A DNA stretch of 64,000 nt from Candidatus Magasanikiibacteriota bacterium (GCA_963840935.1 CAWJAS010000001.1:128875-192874); one strand, 5' to 3'. Numbered from the stretch's first letter, positions 19,213 through 29,740 are shown. Notes: a model not told the origin generated them from the sequence alone. Numbers and translations: made by a program.

Positions 19213-19938
19213 ATGGCAAAATTTACTTTATCAATATTTGAGCAATTGACGGCTACTTTGCCCCCGATGTTTCCTTTGGGAATCGCGCAAAAAATGAGTT
19301 TTGCCATTGATCAAATCAAAAACGACCCTCGCGCCAATCGAAAGATGATTGAAGACACCATGATTCGTTTTGGTTATGATTTGTGGCCGTGGCGACAGGC
19401 TTTTAACGATTTTTTGGGATTAAATGATGGTAAATTAGGCGAGCAATTCTTTTTGTCTCATTTGCCAAAAGACCTTGGTGAAAATTATATGAAATACAAA
19501 GAATACGGCCTTTCTTGGAAGGACTTGTATTCAGGCCGGGCGATAAAATATTTTGATAACAACGACAGGGTGGCGTTATTTGAAGCGCTTGTAAAAACAA
19601 AAAATGATTTATTCAGTTTTACAAAAAGAGAAGTTTCGGGATTATTAAAAAATCAGTATTTGCAAAAAGTGGAAGAATACAAAAATACTTTGCAGAAAAT
19701 TGGCGATATTATATCTCAGATGAGATCAATGGCCGACGAAGAGCAGTATCATCCGATTTTGGCCGGTGAATTAAGGGCAAAAATTAACGCTTTTGAATGT
19801 GGTTTATGCGCCTTGGCGCCGAGTTCAAGTTTGGACGATGTAATGAACGCTTTGGAATTTTTTGTAGAACGCAAAATGCATTTGAATATGATGCGCGGAA
19901 TTGACAAACAAGTATCCGTGGATTTTTATAACAGTTAA
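19213..19938 (+). CDS. Hypothetical protein
   Basis: Long ORF, tightly coupled to neighbours. No family recognised. Confidence 0.5.
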   Translation: MAKFTLSIFEQLTATLPPMFPLGIAQKMSFAIDQIKNDPRANRKMIEDTMIRFGYDLWPWRQAFNDFLGLNDGKLGEQFFLSHLPKDLGENYMKYKEYGLSWKDLYSGRAIKYFDNNDRVALFEALVKTKNDLFSFTKREVSGLLKNQYLQKVEEYKNTLQKIGDIISQMRSMADEEQYHPILAGELRAKINAFECGLCALAPSSSLDDVMNALEFFVERKMHLNMMRGIDKQVSVDFYNS

Positions 19939-19939
19939 T

Positions 19940-20458
19940 ATGAAAAAAATTATTTTATTCATTGCCCACGAAGGGTTTCAACCGGTTGAATATTTTGAAG
20001 CCAAAAAAGTTTTGGATTCCGCCGGTTTTGAGGTAATTACCGCAAGCGACAAGACCGGCCAAGCAATGCCTTCGGCCGGAACTGACTTTGTTGATGTTGA
20101 TTATGAAATTTGCGAGATCAAACCGGAAGATTATGACGGTTTGTTTATTATTGGAGGGCATGGGGCCATGGATTTTTTAAATACCGGCGAAGTTTATGAT
20201 TTATTCCAGTCTGCCGAAGAAAAAGGTAAGTTTGTGGGTGCTATTTGTATTGCCCCTCGGATTTTGGCCGAAGCCGGAATTTTGAAATCAAAAAAAGCCA
20301 CCGGTTGGGACGGCGACAATAAGCTGGGAGAGGTTTTGGCAAACGCGGGGGCTGAATATGTTCGCGTGCCGGTTGTTACAGACGGCAAATTAATTACCGC
20401 GGACGGCCCTTCGTCTGCGCGAGATTGGGGTTTGGCGATTGTAAAAGCGCTCAAATAA
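19940..20458 (+). CDS. DJ-1/PfpI family protein
   Basis: IGGHGAMDFL, GAICIAPRILAEAGIL with nucleophile-elbow Cys, ITADGPSSARDWGLAIV. Confidence 0.85.
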   Translation: MKKIILFIAHEGFQPVEYFEAKKVLDSAGFEVITASDKTGQAMPSAGTDFVDVDYEICEIKPEDYDGLFIIGGHGAMDFLNTGEVYDLFQSAEEKGKFVGAICIAPRILAEAGILKSKKATGWDGDNKLGEVLANAGAEYVRVPVVTDGKLITADGPSSARDWGLAIVKALK

Positions 20459-20459
20459 T

Positions 20460-20705
20460 ATGTCTCCAAAATTGGTTTGGCTTTTAACAATAATCTTTAT
20501 ACTCGTTGGTGTTTATACAATTCTTACTTTTTATTCAAAAATTAACGGACCGCCGGTTATAAAGATATTCAATTGCCCCAGTTTTTCGCAAAAAGCGACA
20601 TGTCTTACGCAAGAAATGCTCAACAATGGGTTTCAAAAAATACTGCCTCAAAAAAACGAGGAATTGATAAAAAAGTTTTCACCGCAATCGAACAAAGAAA
20701 ATTAA
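20460..20705 (+). CDS. Small membrane protein, hypothetical
   Basis: One TM segment. Followed by bidirectional terminator CCCCGTCActtgtaacTGACGGGGTTTTTTT (20706-20740). Confidence 0.4.
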   Translation: MSPKLVWLLTIIFILVGVYTILTFYSKINGPPVIKIFNCPSFSQKATCLTQEMLNNGFQKILPQKNEELIKKFSPQSNKEN

Positions 20706-20734
20706 CCCCGTCACTTGTAACTGACGGGGTTTTT

Positions 20735-21721
20735 TTATCGTAATTTTTTCGGAAAGATATTTTTGTGTTTTTTGATGAATTTCTCAATTGTATTTTTATC
20801 CAATAAACCGTTTTGAGGGCCGTCCAACGCAATAACGCTCGTGCTGTTGGCAATGCCCCATGAGAGAGCCGTTCTCAAATCATGGCCCATATTTCTTGCC
20901 GCCAAATATCCGGCAGAAAAAGCGTCACCCGCTCCGGTTTTTGAAATCACTTTTGTTGGAAGCACATCCATGCGCCAAATTTCATCTTCATCTCCGGTAT
21001 ATGCTCCGCGTTCAGCGTCTGTGATGGCCACTTCCCGCGCGCCAAGGACCAAAAGTTTATTGATTAAAGCCTCAATTGATTTTTCTTTTTCCAAAGTGGT
21101 ATTCAAAATAATTTCCGCTTCTTCCAAGTTGAGGATAAGCAAATCAACAAGCGGAATAATTTCACGGACTTCTTTGATGGATTTTTTTAATTGGAACGAA
21201 CCGGGGTTAAAAGCCAATTTGATGGTTGGATGACGAGAAATTTCCACCATTAATTTTTCTTGAAACGGTTGGAATCCTTCACTTAAGCTCGAGTAATATA
21301 TCCACGATGTTGCCGGTAATTTTGTCGGCAGTTTGTAATTTCTTTTTTCGTGATATGACAAAATCGTTCTTTCACTTTTAAAATTTAAAACGATTGAATA
21401 GCGTGTTTTTGTTTTATTATCAAAATGCAATAAAGATGTGTCAACATTATTTTTTTTGAGTTCATTTTGAATCATGCGTCCGTTAGAATCACTGCCTAAA
21501 GTGCTGATAATGGCGGTATTTAATCCCAGTTTTGCCAAACCGCAGGCCGTATTTGCCGCATTGCCACCAAGTGCTTGGAAGGTATCGGTAATTGGAATTT
21601 TGCTGGCATAATCAAGGCATAATTTGCATGCCCGGCTATCCACATCGCAATCCACCGATGCATTATCGATATTAACATGAGTATCGATTACCGCATCTCC
21701 GATTGTGATTACATCAAACAT
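20735..21721 (-). CDS. PfkB-family carbohydrate kinase (ribokinase-like)
   Basis: ALGGNAANTACGLAKLG, TGAGDAFSAGYLAA. Confidence 0.85.
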   Translation of the reverse strand: MFDVITIGDAVIDTHVNIDNASVDCDVDSRACKLCLDYASKIPITDTFQALGGNAANTACGLAKLGLNTAIISTLGSDSNGRMIQNELKKNNVDTSLLHFDNKTKTRYSIVLNFKSERTILSYHEKRNYKLPTKLPATSWIYYSSLSEGFQPFQEKLMVEISRHPTIKLAFNPGSFQLKKSIKEVREIIPLVDLLILNLEEAEIILNTTLEKEKSIEALINKLLVLGAREVAITDAERGAYTGDEDEIWRMDVLPTKVISKTGAGDAFSAGYLAARNMGHDLRTALSWGIANSTSVIALDGPQNGLLDKNTIEKFIKKHKNIFPKKLR

Positions 21722-21757
21722 ATATTTATTTTAAAAATCAAAATTCGCGGATTTGAA

Positions 21758-22039
21758 TTATTCAGCGCTTTTTCTTTTGTGAAGCATTATTTCAACCAGT
21801 TCCACGGCGCTGGCTACAAAAAAACCGGTCATAGCGATGGAAAAAATCGCGTTTCCAATCCAAAGCGCATAAACCAAAAGACATGCCGAACCGACAACAA
21901 ATACGGCATCTTGCCTTTTTTCCGCTTCCAAAAAAATTCCATAAGTTAAAAGAATAGCGCCAAGTCCGGCCACTATGTTTAAAATTATTTCCATCGCAGT
22001 CCACGGCAATGTTGGTAAAAAATTAGATAGTGGTTCCAT
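21758..22039 (-). CDS. Small membrane protein, hypothetical
   Basis: Three hydrophobic segments. Confidence 0.4.
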   Translation of the reverse strand: MEPLSNFLPTLPWTAMEIILNIVAGLGAILLTYGIFLEAEKRQDAVFVVGSACLLVYALWIGNAIFSIAMTGFFVASAVELVEIMLHKRKSAE

Positions 22040-22040
22040 A

Positions 22041-22982
22041 TTATTTTAGTTTATTGATATATTCAATTGAAGCAAGCGCCGCGACAATTCCTTGCCCGGT
22101 GGCGATGCCGATTTGTTTGTAGGGAATATTTGTTACGTCACCGGCGGCGAAAATTCCCGGAATTGATGTTTGGCATTTTTGATCCACAATAATTTGCCCG
22201 AATTTGTCTTTTTCCGCTTCATTCAAAAGCGCTGAATTGGGCACCATACCAATGTGAACCATAACTCCATCAATCGCGATTTCTTGTTCACCTGATGCGT
22301 CGCGATATCGCAGGCCTTTTACATTATTTTCACCGAATATTTCATAGGTTTTTGCTTCATATATAACTTCAATATTTGGCGCGGATTTGATTTTATCGAT
22401 TAAGACATTTTCCCCGGTAGGGAAGCCGTGATTTTTTTCTTCGGTGTTTGGTTCAATGGTTAAAAGATAAACTTTTTTGGCAATTCCCGCCATCATAATG
22501 GCTGATTCTAAAGCGCTGTTGCCACCGCCGACCACAGCCACGGTTTTGTTTTTGTATAATGGGCCGTCGCAAACAGTGCAATAGGTTACTCCTTTGCGGT
22601 CAAATTCTTCTTCGCCCGGAATACCCAGTTTTCTTGGATGAATGCCTGTAGCCACAATTATCGACTTGGCTTGGTATATATTTTCTTCATTTTTTGCGTT
22701 ATTAGCGGTGATTTCAAAAAAATTATTAGCTTTTTTAATATTCGTTACCCGCCAACCTTCGTTAATTTTTACGTCAAATGAGCGAACATGGTCGGCAAAA
22801 TTTTGCGCCAATTCAAAACCGTGAATTTTTTTGATTCCCGGCCAATTTTCCACTTCACCGGATAACGCTACTTCACCGCCGATGTTATCGGTGACTATTT
22901 CAAAGCTCAGTTTTCTTCTGGCTGCGTAAATCGCCGAGCTACATCCGGCTGCTGACGCGCCGACTATTAATAAATCAAGCAT
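22041..22982 (-). CDS. trxB: Thioredoxin-disulfide reductase
   Basis: LLIVGASAAGCSSAIYAAR FAD motif, redox-active CTVCDG, VVGGGNSALE NADPH motif, AAGDV. Confidence 0.85.
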   Translation of the reverse strand: MLDLLIVGASAAGCSSAIYAARRKLSFEIVTDNIGGEVALSGEVENWPGIKKIHGFELAQNFADHVRSFDVKINEGWRVTNIKKANNFFEITANNAKNEENIYQAKSIIVATGIHPRKLGIPGEEEFDRKGVTYCTVCDGPLYKNKTVAVVGGGNSALESAIMMAGIAKKVYLLTIEPNTEEKNHGFPTGENVLIDKIKSAPNIEVIYEAKTYEIFGENNVKGLRYRDASGEQEIAIDGVMVHIGMVPNSALLNEAEKDKFGQIIVDQKCQTSIPGIFAAGDVTNIPYKQIGIATGQGIVAALASIEYINKLK

Positions 22983-23023
22983 AATAATACAATTTTTAAT
23001 CTGTCGCTCACGAGCGACGGGTT

Positions 23024-23659
23024 TTAATTTTTTATTAATTTATCTCGTGCTATTTTTATATCATCCGCCATAGTCAAATAACTGCCAACACAAAATATTT
23101 CCACTCCCCATGATTTTATTTCGGCGATATTACCGGCATTGATTCCGCCATCAACGGCGATAAGCGGGCGCGGGTCTAATTTGGCGAATTCTTTGATTTT
23201 CTCGCCAACTTCAGGCAAAAAAGGTGAGCCTTGTTTGCCCGGATTAACCGTCAAAAATAAAATCTCGTTAATTTTTTCAAGATAGGGTAGTATTTTTTTG
23301 ATAGGAGTTTCAGGATTAATGGCTATTCCCACCTGCCAACATTTTCCACGGGCAAAATTTATTATTTGGCCGGGGTCATCATCGGATTCAATGTGAAAAA
23401 TAATTTTTTTTATATTTTTTATATTCGTCCATTTTTCCAGTTCCGCCAAAGGATATTTAACCATTAAATGAAGCTCCAAATCAGGCAAGTTTTCGATTTC
23501 ATTTATTTTTTCAATTTCTTCAAACGATTTATTGGGCACAAATTTTCCATCCATCACATCAATTTGCGCCAAATCAAAAATTCCTTCCAAACGGTTAATT
23601 TGTTCTTTAAATTGTTCAAATGTCGGGACAAGAATGGCGGGAATTATTTTTGTATTCAT
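23024..23659 (-). CDS. rpe: Ribulose-phosphate 3-epimerase
   Basis: IIPAILV, DVMDGKFVPN, HLMV, VNPGKQGSPF, AVDGGIN. Start taken at MNTKII, which overlaps the rpiB stop by 4 nt. Confidence 0.85.
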   Translation of the reverse strand: MNTKIIPAILVPTFEQFKEQINRLEGIFDLAQIDVMDGKFVPNKSFEEIEKINEIENLPDLELHLMVKYPLAELEKWTNIKNIKKIIFHIESDDDPGQIINFARGKCWQVGIAINPETPIKKILPYLEKINEILFLTVNPGKQGSPFLPEVGEKIKEFAKLDPRPLIAVDGGINAGNIAEIKSWGVEIFCVGSYLTMADDIKIARDKLIKN

Positions 23660-23663
23660 ACCA

Positions 23664-24107
23664 TTATTTTTCCAATTCAGCAATTTTTTCATTTCGCCTG
23701 ATAAAACGAACTTCGTTTTTAAATTCAGTTTCAAGGAATTTTTTTGTAATCGCTTCGGCGTGGTCTTTGGAGAGAATTCGTCCGGCAAGGCAAAGCACAT
23801 TCGCATCATTATGTTGCCGACCGAATTCGGCACCGGAAATACTGTAGCCGATTATCGCTCTGATTCCTTTGATTTTATTGGCTGTTATGCACATGCCGTG
23901 CCCAGATCCACAGATTAAAATTCCTTTTGATTTTGTGTCTGAAGCGACTTTTTGCGCTAGTTTAACCGCATAATCCACAAAATCATCGTCTTTGTCATAT
24001 TCTTTTGGCCCCAGGTCAGTGGTTTCAAGACCTAATTTTTTGGCCAAAAAATCAACTAATTCTTTTTTTAACTGATATCCAGCGTGGTCTGCGGAAATAT
24101 ATATCAT
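23664..24107 (-). CDS. rpiB: Ribose-5-phosphate isomerase B
   Basis: ILICGSGHGMCITANK, RpiB/LacAB fold signature. Confidence 0.9.
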   Translation of the reverse strand: MIYISADHAGYQLKKELVDFLAKKLGLETTDLGPKEYDKDDDFVDYAVKLAQKVASDTKSKGILICGSGHGMCITANKIKGIRAIIGYSISGAEFGRQHNDANVLCLAGRILSKDHAEAITKKFLETEFKNEVRFIRRNEKIAELEK

Positions 24108-24183
24108 ATATATAGACTTTAAGTATGGCTATATTATACATTAAAGCGCGCAATTATTGAAATAGTCGTATTTTTGTCTTTCA

Positions 24184-24212
24184 TTGACAAAAAGTCGTAA
24201 ATAAATTAGAAT
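24184..24212 (+). promoter_or_regulatory. Sigma70-type promoter for ileS leader: TTGACA, 17 bp spacer, TAGAAT
   Basis: ttgacaaaaagtcgtaaataaattagaat. Confidence 0.6.
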
Positions 24213-24224
24213 AAAGCAATAATA

Positions 24225-24395
24225 ATAAAGGCGTTTGACCTGTAATCAACAGGAAGCCGGAAGAAGAAACTTCGCTCGCGCGAGGGAGTAGAACTTCCCG
24301 GGTAAGCCCGTAAAAGCCGTGATTAAGTTAAAGCCGAAGATGGTACCGTCCCGACCTTGCGTCGCGGACTCTTGGCACGCTGAAATAGCGTGTTT
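24225..24395 (+). ncRNA. Structured GC-rich leader upstream of ileS with terminator hairpin; candidate short T-box riboswitch
   Basis: AGATGGTACCGTCCCG resembles the T-box core GGUGGUACCGCG. Terminator CACGCTGAAATAGCGTGTTTTATTTTTT at ~24363-24395, immediately before the ileS start. Confidence 0.4.
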
Positions 24396-24421
24396 TATTT
24401 TTTAATAATTATATATAAATT

Positions 24422-27364
24422 ATGTTTAACGCCAACAAAGAAGAAAATGAGATACTCAAGTATTGGGATGAGCATAAATGTTTTGAAAAATCAGTTTCCG
24501 AACGTTCGGAAGACAAGGAGTATTCTTTTTATGACGGCCCGCCTTTTGCCACAGGCACCCCGCACTATGGCCATATCGTCGCCTCCCTTATGAAAGACAT
24601 TGTTCCGCGGTATTTTACCATGCGCGGGTTTAGAGTTGAGCGCCGTTGGGGTTGGGATTGCCACGGTTTGCCGGTTGAAAATATTATCGAAAGAGATTTG
24701 CGGTTAAAAAATAAAAAAGATATTGAGAATTTTGGAATTGATAAGTTTAATGAGGCTTGCCGGTCAACGGTCATGACTTATGCGAGTGAGTGGAAAAGTA
24801 CTATCAGGCGTATGGGGCGCTGGGTTGATATGGAAAATGATTATAAAACCATGGATTTGTCTTTTATGGAAAGTGTTTGGTGGGTATTCAATGAACTTTG
24901 GAAAAATAACTTGGTTTACAAAGGATACAAGCCGATGCATATCTGCCCAAGGTGCGAAACTCCTTTATCGAATTTTGAAGTTACTTTGGAATACAAAAAT
25001 GTTGAGGATATTTCCGCGATAGCCAAATTTAAATTAAAGGAACCGGAGAAAATAAAAGTATTTGGTGATATAAAAGACAAGGCGGTTTTTGCGCTTGCTT
25101 GGACAACAACGCCGTGGACATTGCCCGGCAATGTGTTGCTTGCAGTTAATGATCGGGTGGATTATGCGCTTGTGGAAATTGAAGGTGAGAATGATTTATA
25201 TATTTTGGGGCTTGAACGAGTAGAGGAAATTATTAAAGATCGAAAAGTTAAAGTGTTAAAAGAATTTTTGGGACGCGATTTGATTGGGATAAATTACGAG
25301 CCATTATTCCCGTATTTTGCGCAAATACCGAATGCGTTTCATATTACCGTGGCGGATTTTGTGACAGTTGAAGACGGTACCGGCGTGGTGCATATTGCAC
25401 CGGCGTTCGGTCAAGAGGACTTTATGGTGGGTGAGCGCGAGGGTTTGCCTTTGGTTCAGCATGTGAATATGGATGGCAGGTTTACGGCGGAAGTGGTTGA
25501 TTTTGCAGGTATGGAGGTTAAACCAAAAGAAAATACAATGGAAACGGACGAGAAAGTCGTTGCTTGGCTTCGTGAAAACAAAAAACTATTTGCCGAAGAA
25601 AAAGTACTTCATAGTTATCCGCATTGTTGGCGTTGTGATACTCCGCTTTTAAATTACGCCACCGCCAGTTGGTTTGTTAAAGTAACTGATTTTAAAGATG
25701 ATTTGTTAAAAAACAATCAACTGACACATTGGGTTCCGGACCATATGAAAGAAGGGCGTTTTGGTCAATGGCTTGAAGGAGCGCGCGATTGGGCGATATC
25801 TCGCAATCGTTTTTGGGGTACGCCATTACCGATTTGGGTTTCGGATGACGGTGATTACATCTGCGTCGGTTCGGTTGAAGAATTAGAAAAATTATCCGGT
25901 GAAAAAGTTTCTGATTTGCACAAGCATAATGTTGATAAAATTATTTTTCAAAAAGACGGCAAAGAGTATCGTCGTATTCCCGAAGTATTGGATTGTTGGT
26001 TTGAATCAGGCTCAATGCCTTATGCACAAATGCATTATCCGTTTGAAAATAAAGAAAAATTTGAAAGAAATTTTCCGGCTGAATTTATTGCCGAAGGACA
26101 AGATCAAACTCGAGGTTGGTTTTATACCCTTCATGTTTTAGCAACCGCTTTGACTCGCTTGCCGAATTCTTCCATACCGGTCGCGCACGGTGAGCCGGCT
26201 TTCAAACACTGCGTTGTTAATGGTATTGTGCTTGCCGAAGACGGCAAAAAAATGGCTAAAAAATTAAAGAATTATCCGGACCCCGATGTATTGCTTGAAA
26301 AATACGGCGCTGACGCTTTGCGTTATTATTTGGCCACATCTCCGGTTATGGAAGCGGAAAATTTAAATTTTTCGGAAATCGGAGTTAAAGAATCATATAA
26401 TAAATTAATAAATATTTTGTGGAATGTGGTTGAATTTTACAAATTGTATTCCATAGAAAACGAGGGCGATGAATTTAACGGACAGCCGAAGAATTTACTC
26501 GATAAGTGGATATTGGCGAAGTTGAATGACTTGATTAACACAGTTACCGAAAATATGGAAGGTTATCGCCTGATTGCCGCGAGCAGGCCGATTCAGGATT
26601 TTGTGACAGAATTATCGCAGTGGTATGTGCGTCGTTCCCGTGATAGGTTCAAAATTGGAGAAGCTGATGACAAGCGCGAGGCCTTATCGGTTTTGCGCCA
26701 TACTCTTTTGACCCTCGCCAAAGTAATGGCACCGTTCACCCCTTTTATCGCCGAAAAAATTTATTTGGAATTGGGTGGAAAAGAAGAGAGTGTCCATTTG
26801 GATTTGTGGCCCGAAGCAAAGAAAGAGTTGATCGACAGTTCCATTATCACAGAAATGACTGAAGCAAGAAAAATAGTGGAAATGGGGTTGTCGGCCAGAG
26901 CGGAAAAGGGAATTAAAGTTCGTCAACCGCTCGGGCGAATTGCAATATCCGGTCTTGAGAAAATGTCTGATGCTCTGAAAGAAATAATTGCCGATGAGCT
27001 GAATATTAAAGAGTTGACCTTGGAAGAAAATTTACCCACAGGCGATAATTGGGCGATTAAAGAAGAGGCTAAAATTAAAATTGCGCTCGATATTCAAATT
27101 AATGATGAACTGAAAAAAGAAGGTGTTTCTCGAGAGTTGGTAAGAACTATAAATCAAATGCGTAAAGAGCAAAAATTAACGGTTAATGATAAAGTTGATT
27201 TGATTTATAAAACCGAGAGCGAACAAATTAAACAGGTTTTTTCTGAATATGGAGAAAAAATCAAAACAAGCGTAGCCGCATTGTCTATTATCGAAGGCGA
27301 AGCGTCGGGTGTTGAATTGGAAATTGAAGGGAATAAGGTTATAATACAAATAATGAAAAAATAA
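24422..27364 (+). CDS. ileS: Isoleucine--tRNA ligase (type 2)
   Basis: PPFATGTPHYGHI (HIGH), GWDCHGLPVE, KMAKKLKN (KMSKS variant). 980 aa. Confidence 0.93.
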   Translation: MFNANKEENEILKYWDEHKCFEKSVSERSEDKEYSFYDGPPFATGTPHYGHIVASLMKDIVPRYFTMRGFRVERRWGWDCHGLPVENIIERDLRLKNKKDIENFGIDKFNEACRSTVMTYASEWKSTIRRMGRWVDMENDYKTMDLSFMESVWWVFNELWKNNLVYKGYKPMHICPRCETPLSNFEVTLEYKNVEDISAIAKFKLKEPEKIKVFGDIKDKAVFALAWTTTPWTLPGNVLLAVNDRVDYALVEIEGENDLYILGLERVEEIIKDRKVKVLKEFLGRDLIGINYEPLFPYFAQIPNAFHITVADFVTVEDGTGVVHIAPAFGQEDFMVGEREGLPLVQHVNMDGRFTAEVVDFAGMEVKPKENTMETDEKVVAWLRENKKLFAEEKVLHSYPHCWRCDTPLLNYATASWFVKVTDFKDDLLKNNQLTHWVPDHMKEGRFGQWLEGARDWAISRNRFWGTPLPIWVSDDGDYICVGSVEELEKLSGEKVSDLHKHNVDKIIFQKDGKEYRRIPEVLDCWFESGSMPYAQMHYPFENKEKFERNFPAEFIAEGQDQTRGWFYTLHVLATALTRLPNSSIPVAHGEPAFKHCVVNGIVLAEDGKKMAKKLKNYPDPDVLLEKYGADALRYYLATSPVMEAENLNFSEIGVKESYNKLINILWNVVEFYKLYSIENEGDEFNGQPKNLLDKWILAKLNDLINTVTENMEGYRLIAASRPIQDFVTELSQWYVRRSRDRFKIGEADDKREALSVLRHTLLTLAKVMAPFTPFIAEKIYLELGGKEESVHLDLWPEAKKELIDSSIITEMTEARKIVEMGLSARAEKGIKVRQPLGRIAISGLEKMSDALKEIIADELNIKELTLEENLPTGDNWAIKEEAKIKIALDIQINDELKKEGVSRELVRTINQMRKEQKLTVNDKVDLIYKTESEQIKQVFSEYGEKIKTSVAALSIIEGEASGVELEIEGNKVIIQIMKK

Positions 27365-27365
27365 T

Positions 27366-28340
27366 ATGATGACAATCGGACAAATTTATGATTTGGGTTT
27401 GAAAATGGCCATAAACGCGGATCCGCGCGGTGTTTTGGGGGTAAAAAAATATCTTGGACGAGCAAGAAAAGACTATGAATCTCTCAAAAACGATGAAAAA
27501 GAATTTTTTGATGTGGAAACGGTAAAAAATCCGTATTCCGACAGCCGAGTTCATTTGGGAGAAAATAAAAATAAAGTGAAACGCGTGCTTGCCGGAATTG
27601 ATATTGGGTCGGCCGAAATTTTGCTTGCCAGTCAATTAGGTGAACGAGGCAAGCAAATTAATTTGGTCATTGCGCACCATCCGATTGGAAAATCATTGGC
27701 TGATTTGCACGGAGTGCTTGATATGGCTATTGATGTTTATGAAAGCTATGGCGTGCCGGTTCATTTGGCCGAAAAATTAATGGATGAGAGAACCAAAGAA
27801 GTGGGCAGGAGTTTGCATCCAAGCAACCATTTTCAGATTATTGATTTGGCGCGTCTGCTTAATGTTGATTTGATGAATACGCATACTTTTACCGACAATT
27901 TGGTTAATAAATATTTGAATGATTTTATTACCACCAAAAAACCGGAAACAGTCGGCGACTTGATAAAATTATTAAATCAGATTCCCGAGTATTCGGAAGG
28001 TAGAAGACGCGGAGCCGGCCCCAAAATTTTTGCCGGTTCGCCAAAAAACCGTTTGGGCAAATGCATGCTTGAAATGACCGGCGGAACCAATCCTTCAAAC
28101 GAAGTTTACCAGGAATTGTCGCGCGCCGGAGTGAGTACAATTGTTGGCATGCACATGAAAGACGATGCCATGAAAAAAGCTAATGAATTCCATATGAATG
28201 TGGTTATCGCCGGTCATATTTCGTCGGATTCGCTCGGTATGAATTTGTTTTTGGATGAACTGGAAAAGGGCGGAGTGGAAGTGATTACTTGTGGCGGATT
28301 AATAAGAGTCAGTCGGGCTAAAAAATCAACAAAAAAATAA
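27366..28340 (+). CDS. Nif3-family dinuclear metal centre protein
   Basis: VIAHHPIG and VVIAGHISSDSLG motifs. Confidence 0.65.
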   Translation: MMTIGQIYDLGLKMAINADPRGVLGVKKYLGRARKDYESLKNDEKEFFDVETVKNPYSDSRVHLGENKNKVKRVLAGIDIGSAEILLASQLGERGKQINLVIAHHPIGKSLADLHGVLDMAIDVYESYGVPVHLAEKLMDERTKEVGRSLHPSNHFQIIDLARLLNVDLMNTHTFTDNLVNKYLNDFITTKKPETVGDLIKLLNQIPEYSEGRRRGAGPKIFAGSPKNRLGKCMLEMTGGTNPSNEVYQELSRAGVSTIVGMHMKDDAMKKANEFHMNVVIAGHISSDSLGMNLFLDELEKGGVEVITCGGLIRVSRAKKSTKK

Positions 28341-28351
28341 TCCTGATAAAT

Positions 28352-28921
28352 ATGATTGCAATTATTACGGGCAAAATTATTTCAAATAACGGACCGGAAA
28401 TAGTGGTAATGACTTCGGGCGGAGTCGGTTACAAAATTTTTGTTAATCCGGCAAAAAGCGACCGTTGGGCAATTGGCGCGGAAGCTCAAATTTTTACATA
28501 TTTGGCGGTGCGCGAAGATGCCATGGATTTGTTCGGTTTTGGCGCGGAAAACGAACGCCAATTATTTTTAAAATTGTTGTCAGTCAGCGGAATCGGCCCC
28601 AAAAGCGCTTTGCATGTTTTGTCTTTGGGGGAGGTAGACGAAATTAACTCCGCCATTGCCAGAGGGGACGCCGATTATATGACAAAAGTGAGCGGAATCG
28701 GGCGCAAAACCGCCGAAAGAATTGTGGTGGAATTAAAATCAAAGATGATAAGTATCGGCACTGTTCTTGGCGAAACCAGTGGCAAGATGGCTGAAGTGAT
28801 TGAGGGACTTATTGCCCTTGGCTATTCGGCGTCAGACGCGCGCGAAGCGGTTAAGGATTTATCTGAAGATTTGCCACCGGAATTAATCATCAGAGAGGCC
28901 TTAAAAAAATTTAGAAAATAA
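28352..28921 (+). CDS. ruvA: Holliday junction branch migration protein RuvA
   Basis: GYKIFV, LLSVSGIGPKSAL and VSGIGRKTAERIVVELK HhH motifs. Confidence 0.9.
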   Translation: MIAIITGKIISNNGPEIVVMTSGGVGYKIFVNPAKSDRWAIGAEAQIFTYLAVREDAMDLFGFGAENERQLFLKLLSVSGIGPKSALHVLSLGEVDEINSAIARGDADYMTKVSGIGRKTAERIVVELKSKMISIGTVLGETSGKMAEVIEGLIALGYSASDAREAVKDLSEDLPPELIIREALKKFRK

Positions 28922-28922
28922 A

Positions 28923-29678
28923 ATGCTTTCAAAAAATAAAATTAAAATCATTAATTCTCTGGCCAACAAAAAACACAGAGATGAGTTTGGTTTGTTTGTG
29001 GCAGAGGGTGAAAAAATCGTTGGCGAATTACTGGATTCTCATTTTCAAATTGAGGAGATTTTTTGTTTGCCCGAGTGGAAGCAAAAAAATCCAAAAGCAA
29101 AAAATGTTGTTGAAATAAGCGAAGGCGAATTAAAAAAAATTAGCTCAATGAGCGCGCCAAATCAAGTTCTGGCTTTGGTAAAGATTCCCAAATATGATTT
29201 GGGTTATGATGAATTGACCGATAGTTTAATTTTGGGGCTTGATGATGTGCAAGACCCGGGGAACTTGGGGACAATTGTGAGAACGGCTGATTGGTTTGGT
29301 ATAAAAGATATTATTTGCAGTAAAAAATCCGTTGATATATATAATTCAAAAACAATTCAGGCAACCATGGGCGCTTTTTGTCGGGCGAGAGTACATTATG
29401 TTGATTTGATGGAATTCATAAAAAAAATAAAAAAGCTGAAAAAGGATTTTTTGGTCTATGGCACATTTATGAAGGGTGCCAATATTTATGAAGAAAAATT
29501 AAACAAAAACGGCATGATTTTGTTTGGCAATGAATCATCGGGTCTTTCGCGCCAAATTGAAGAGGTTGTCGATAAAAAATTGTTTATTCCGGATTACCCC
29601 GCGGGGAACCAATCTTCTTCGTTGAATGTGGCCGTCGCTACCGCAATTGTCTGTTCGGAATTTAGGCGAAGAATGTAA
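28923..29678 (+). CDS. TrmH/SpoU-family RNA methyltransferase (RlmB-like)
   Basis: DDVQDPGNLGTIVRTADWFG, FGNESSGLS, SLNVAVATAIV. Confidence 0.8.
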   Translation: MLSKNKIKIINSLANKKHRDEFGLFVAEGEKIVGELLDSHFQIEEIFCLPEWKQKNPKAKNVVEISEGELKKISSMSAPNQVLALVKIPKYDLGYDELTDSLILGLDDVQDPGNLGTIVRTADWFGIKDIICSKKSVDIYNSKTIQATMGAFCRARVHYVDLMEFIKKIKKLKKDFLVYGTFMKGANIYEEKLNKNGMILFGNESSGLSRQIEEVVDKKLFIPDYPAGNQSSSLNVAVATAIVCSEFRRRM

Positions 29679-29704
29679 AAATTGTTAAAATAAGGCAATT
29701 TTTT

Positions 29705-29740
29705 TTAAAAATCCCACATTTTGTGGGATTTATTTTATTT
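29705..29740. terminator. Bidirectional rho-independent terminator between convergent genes
   Basis: AAAAATCCCACAttttGTGGGATTTATTTT. Confidence 0.7.
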
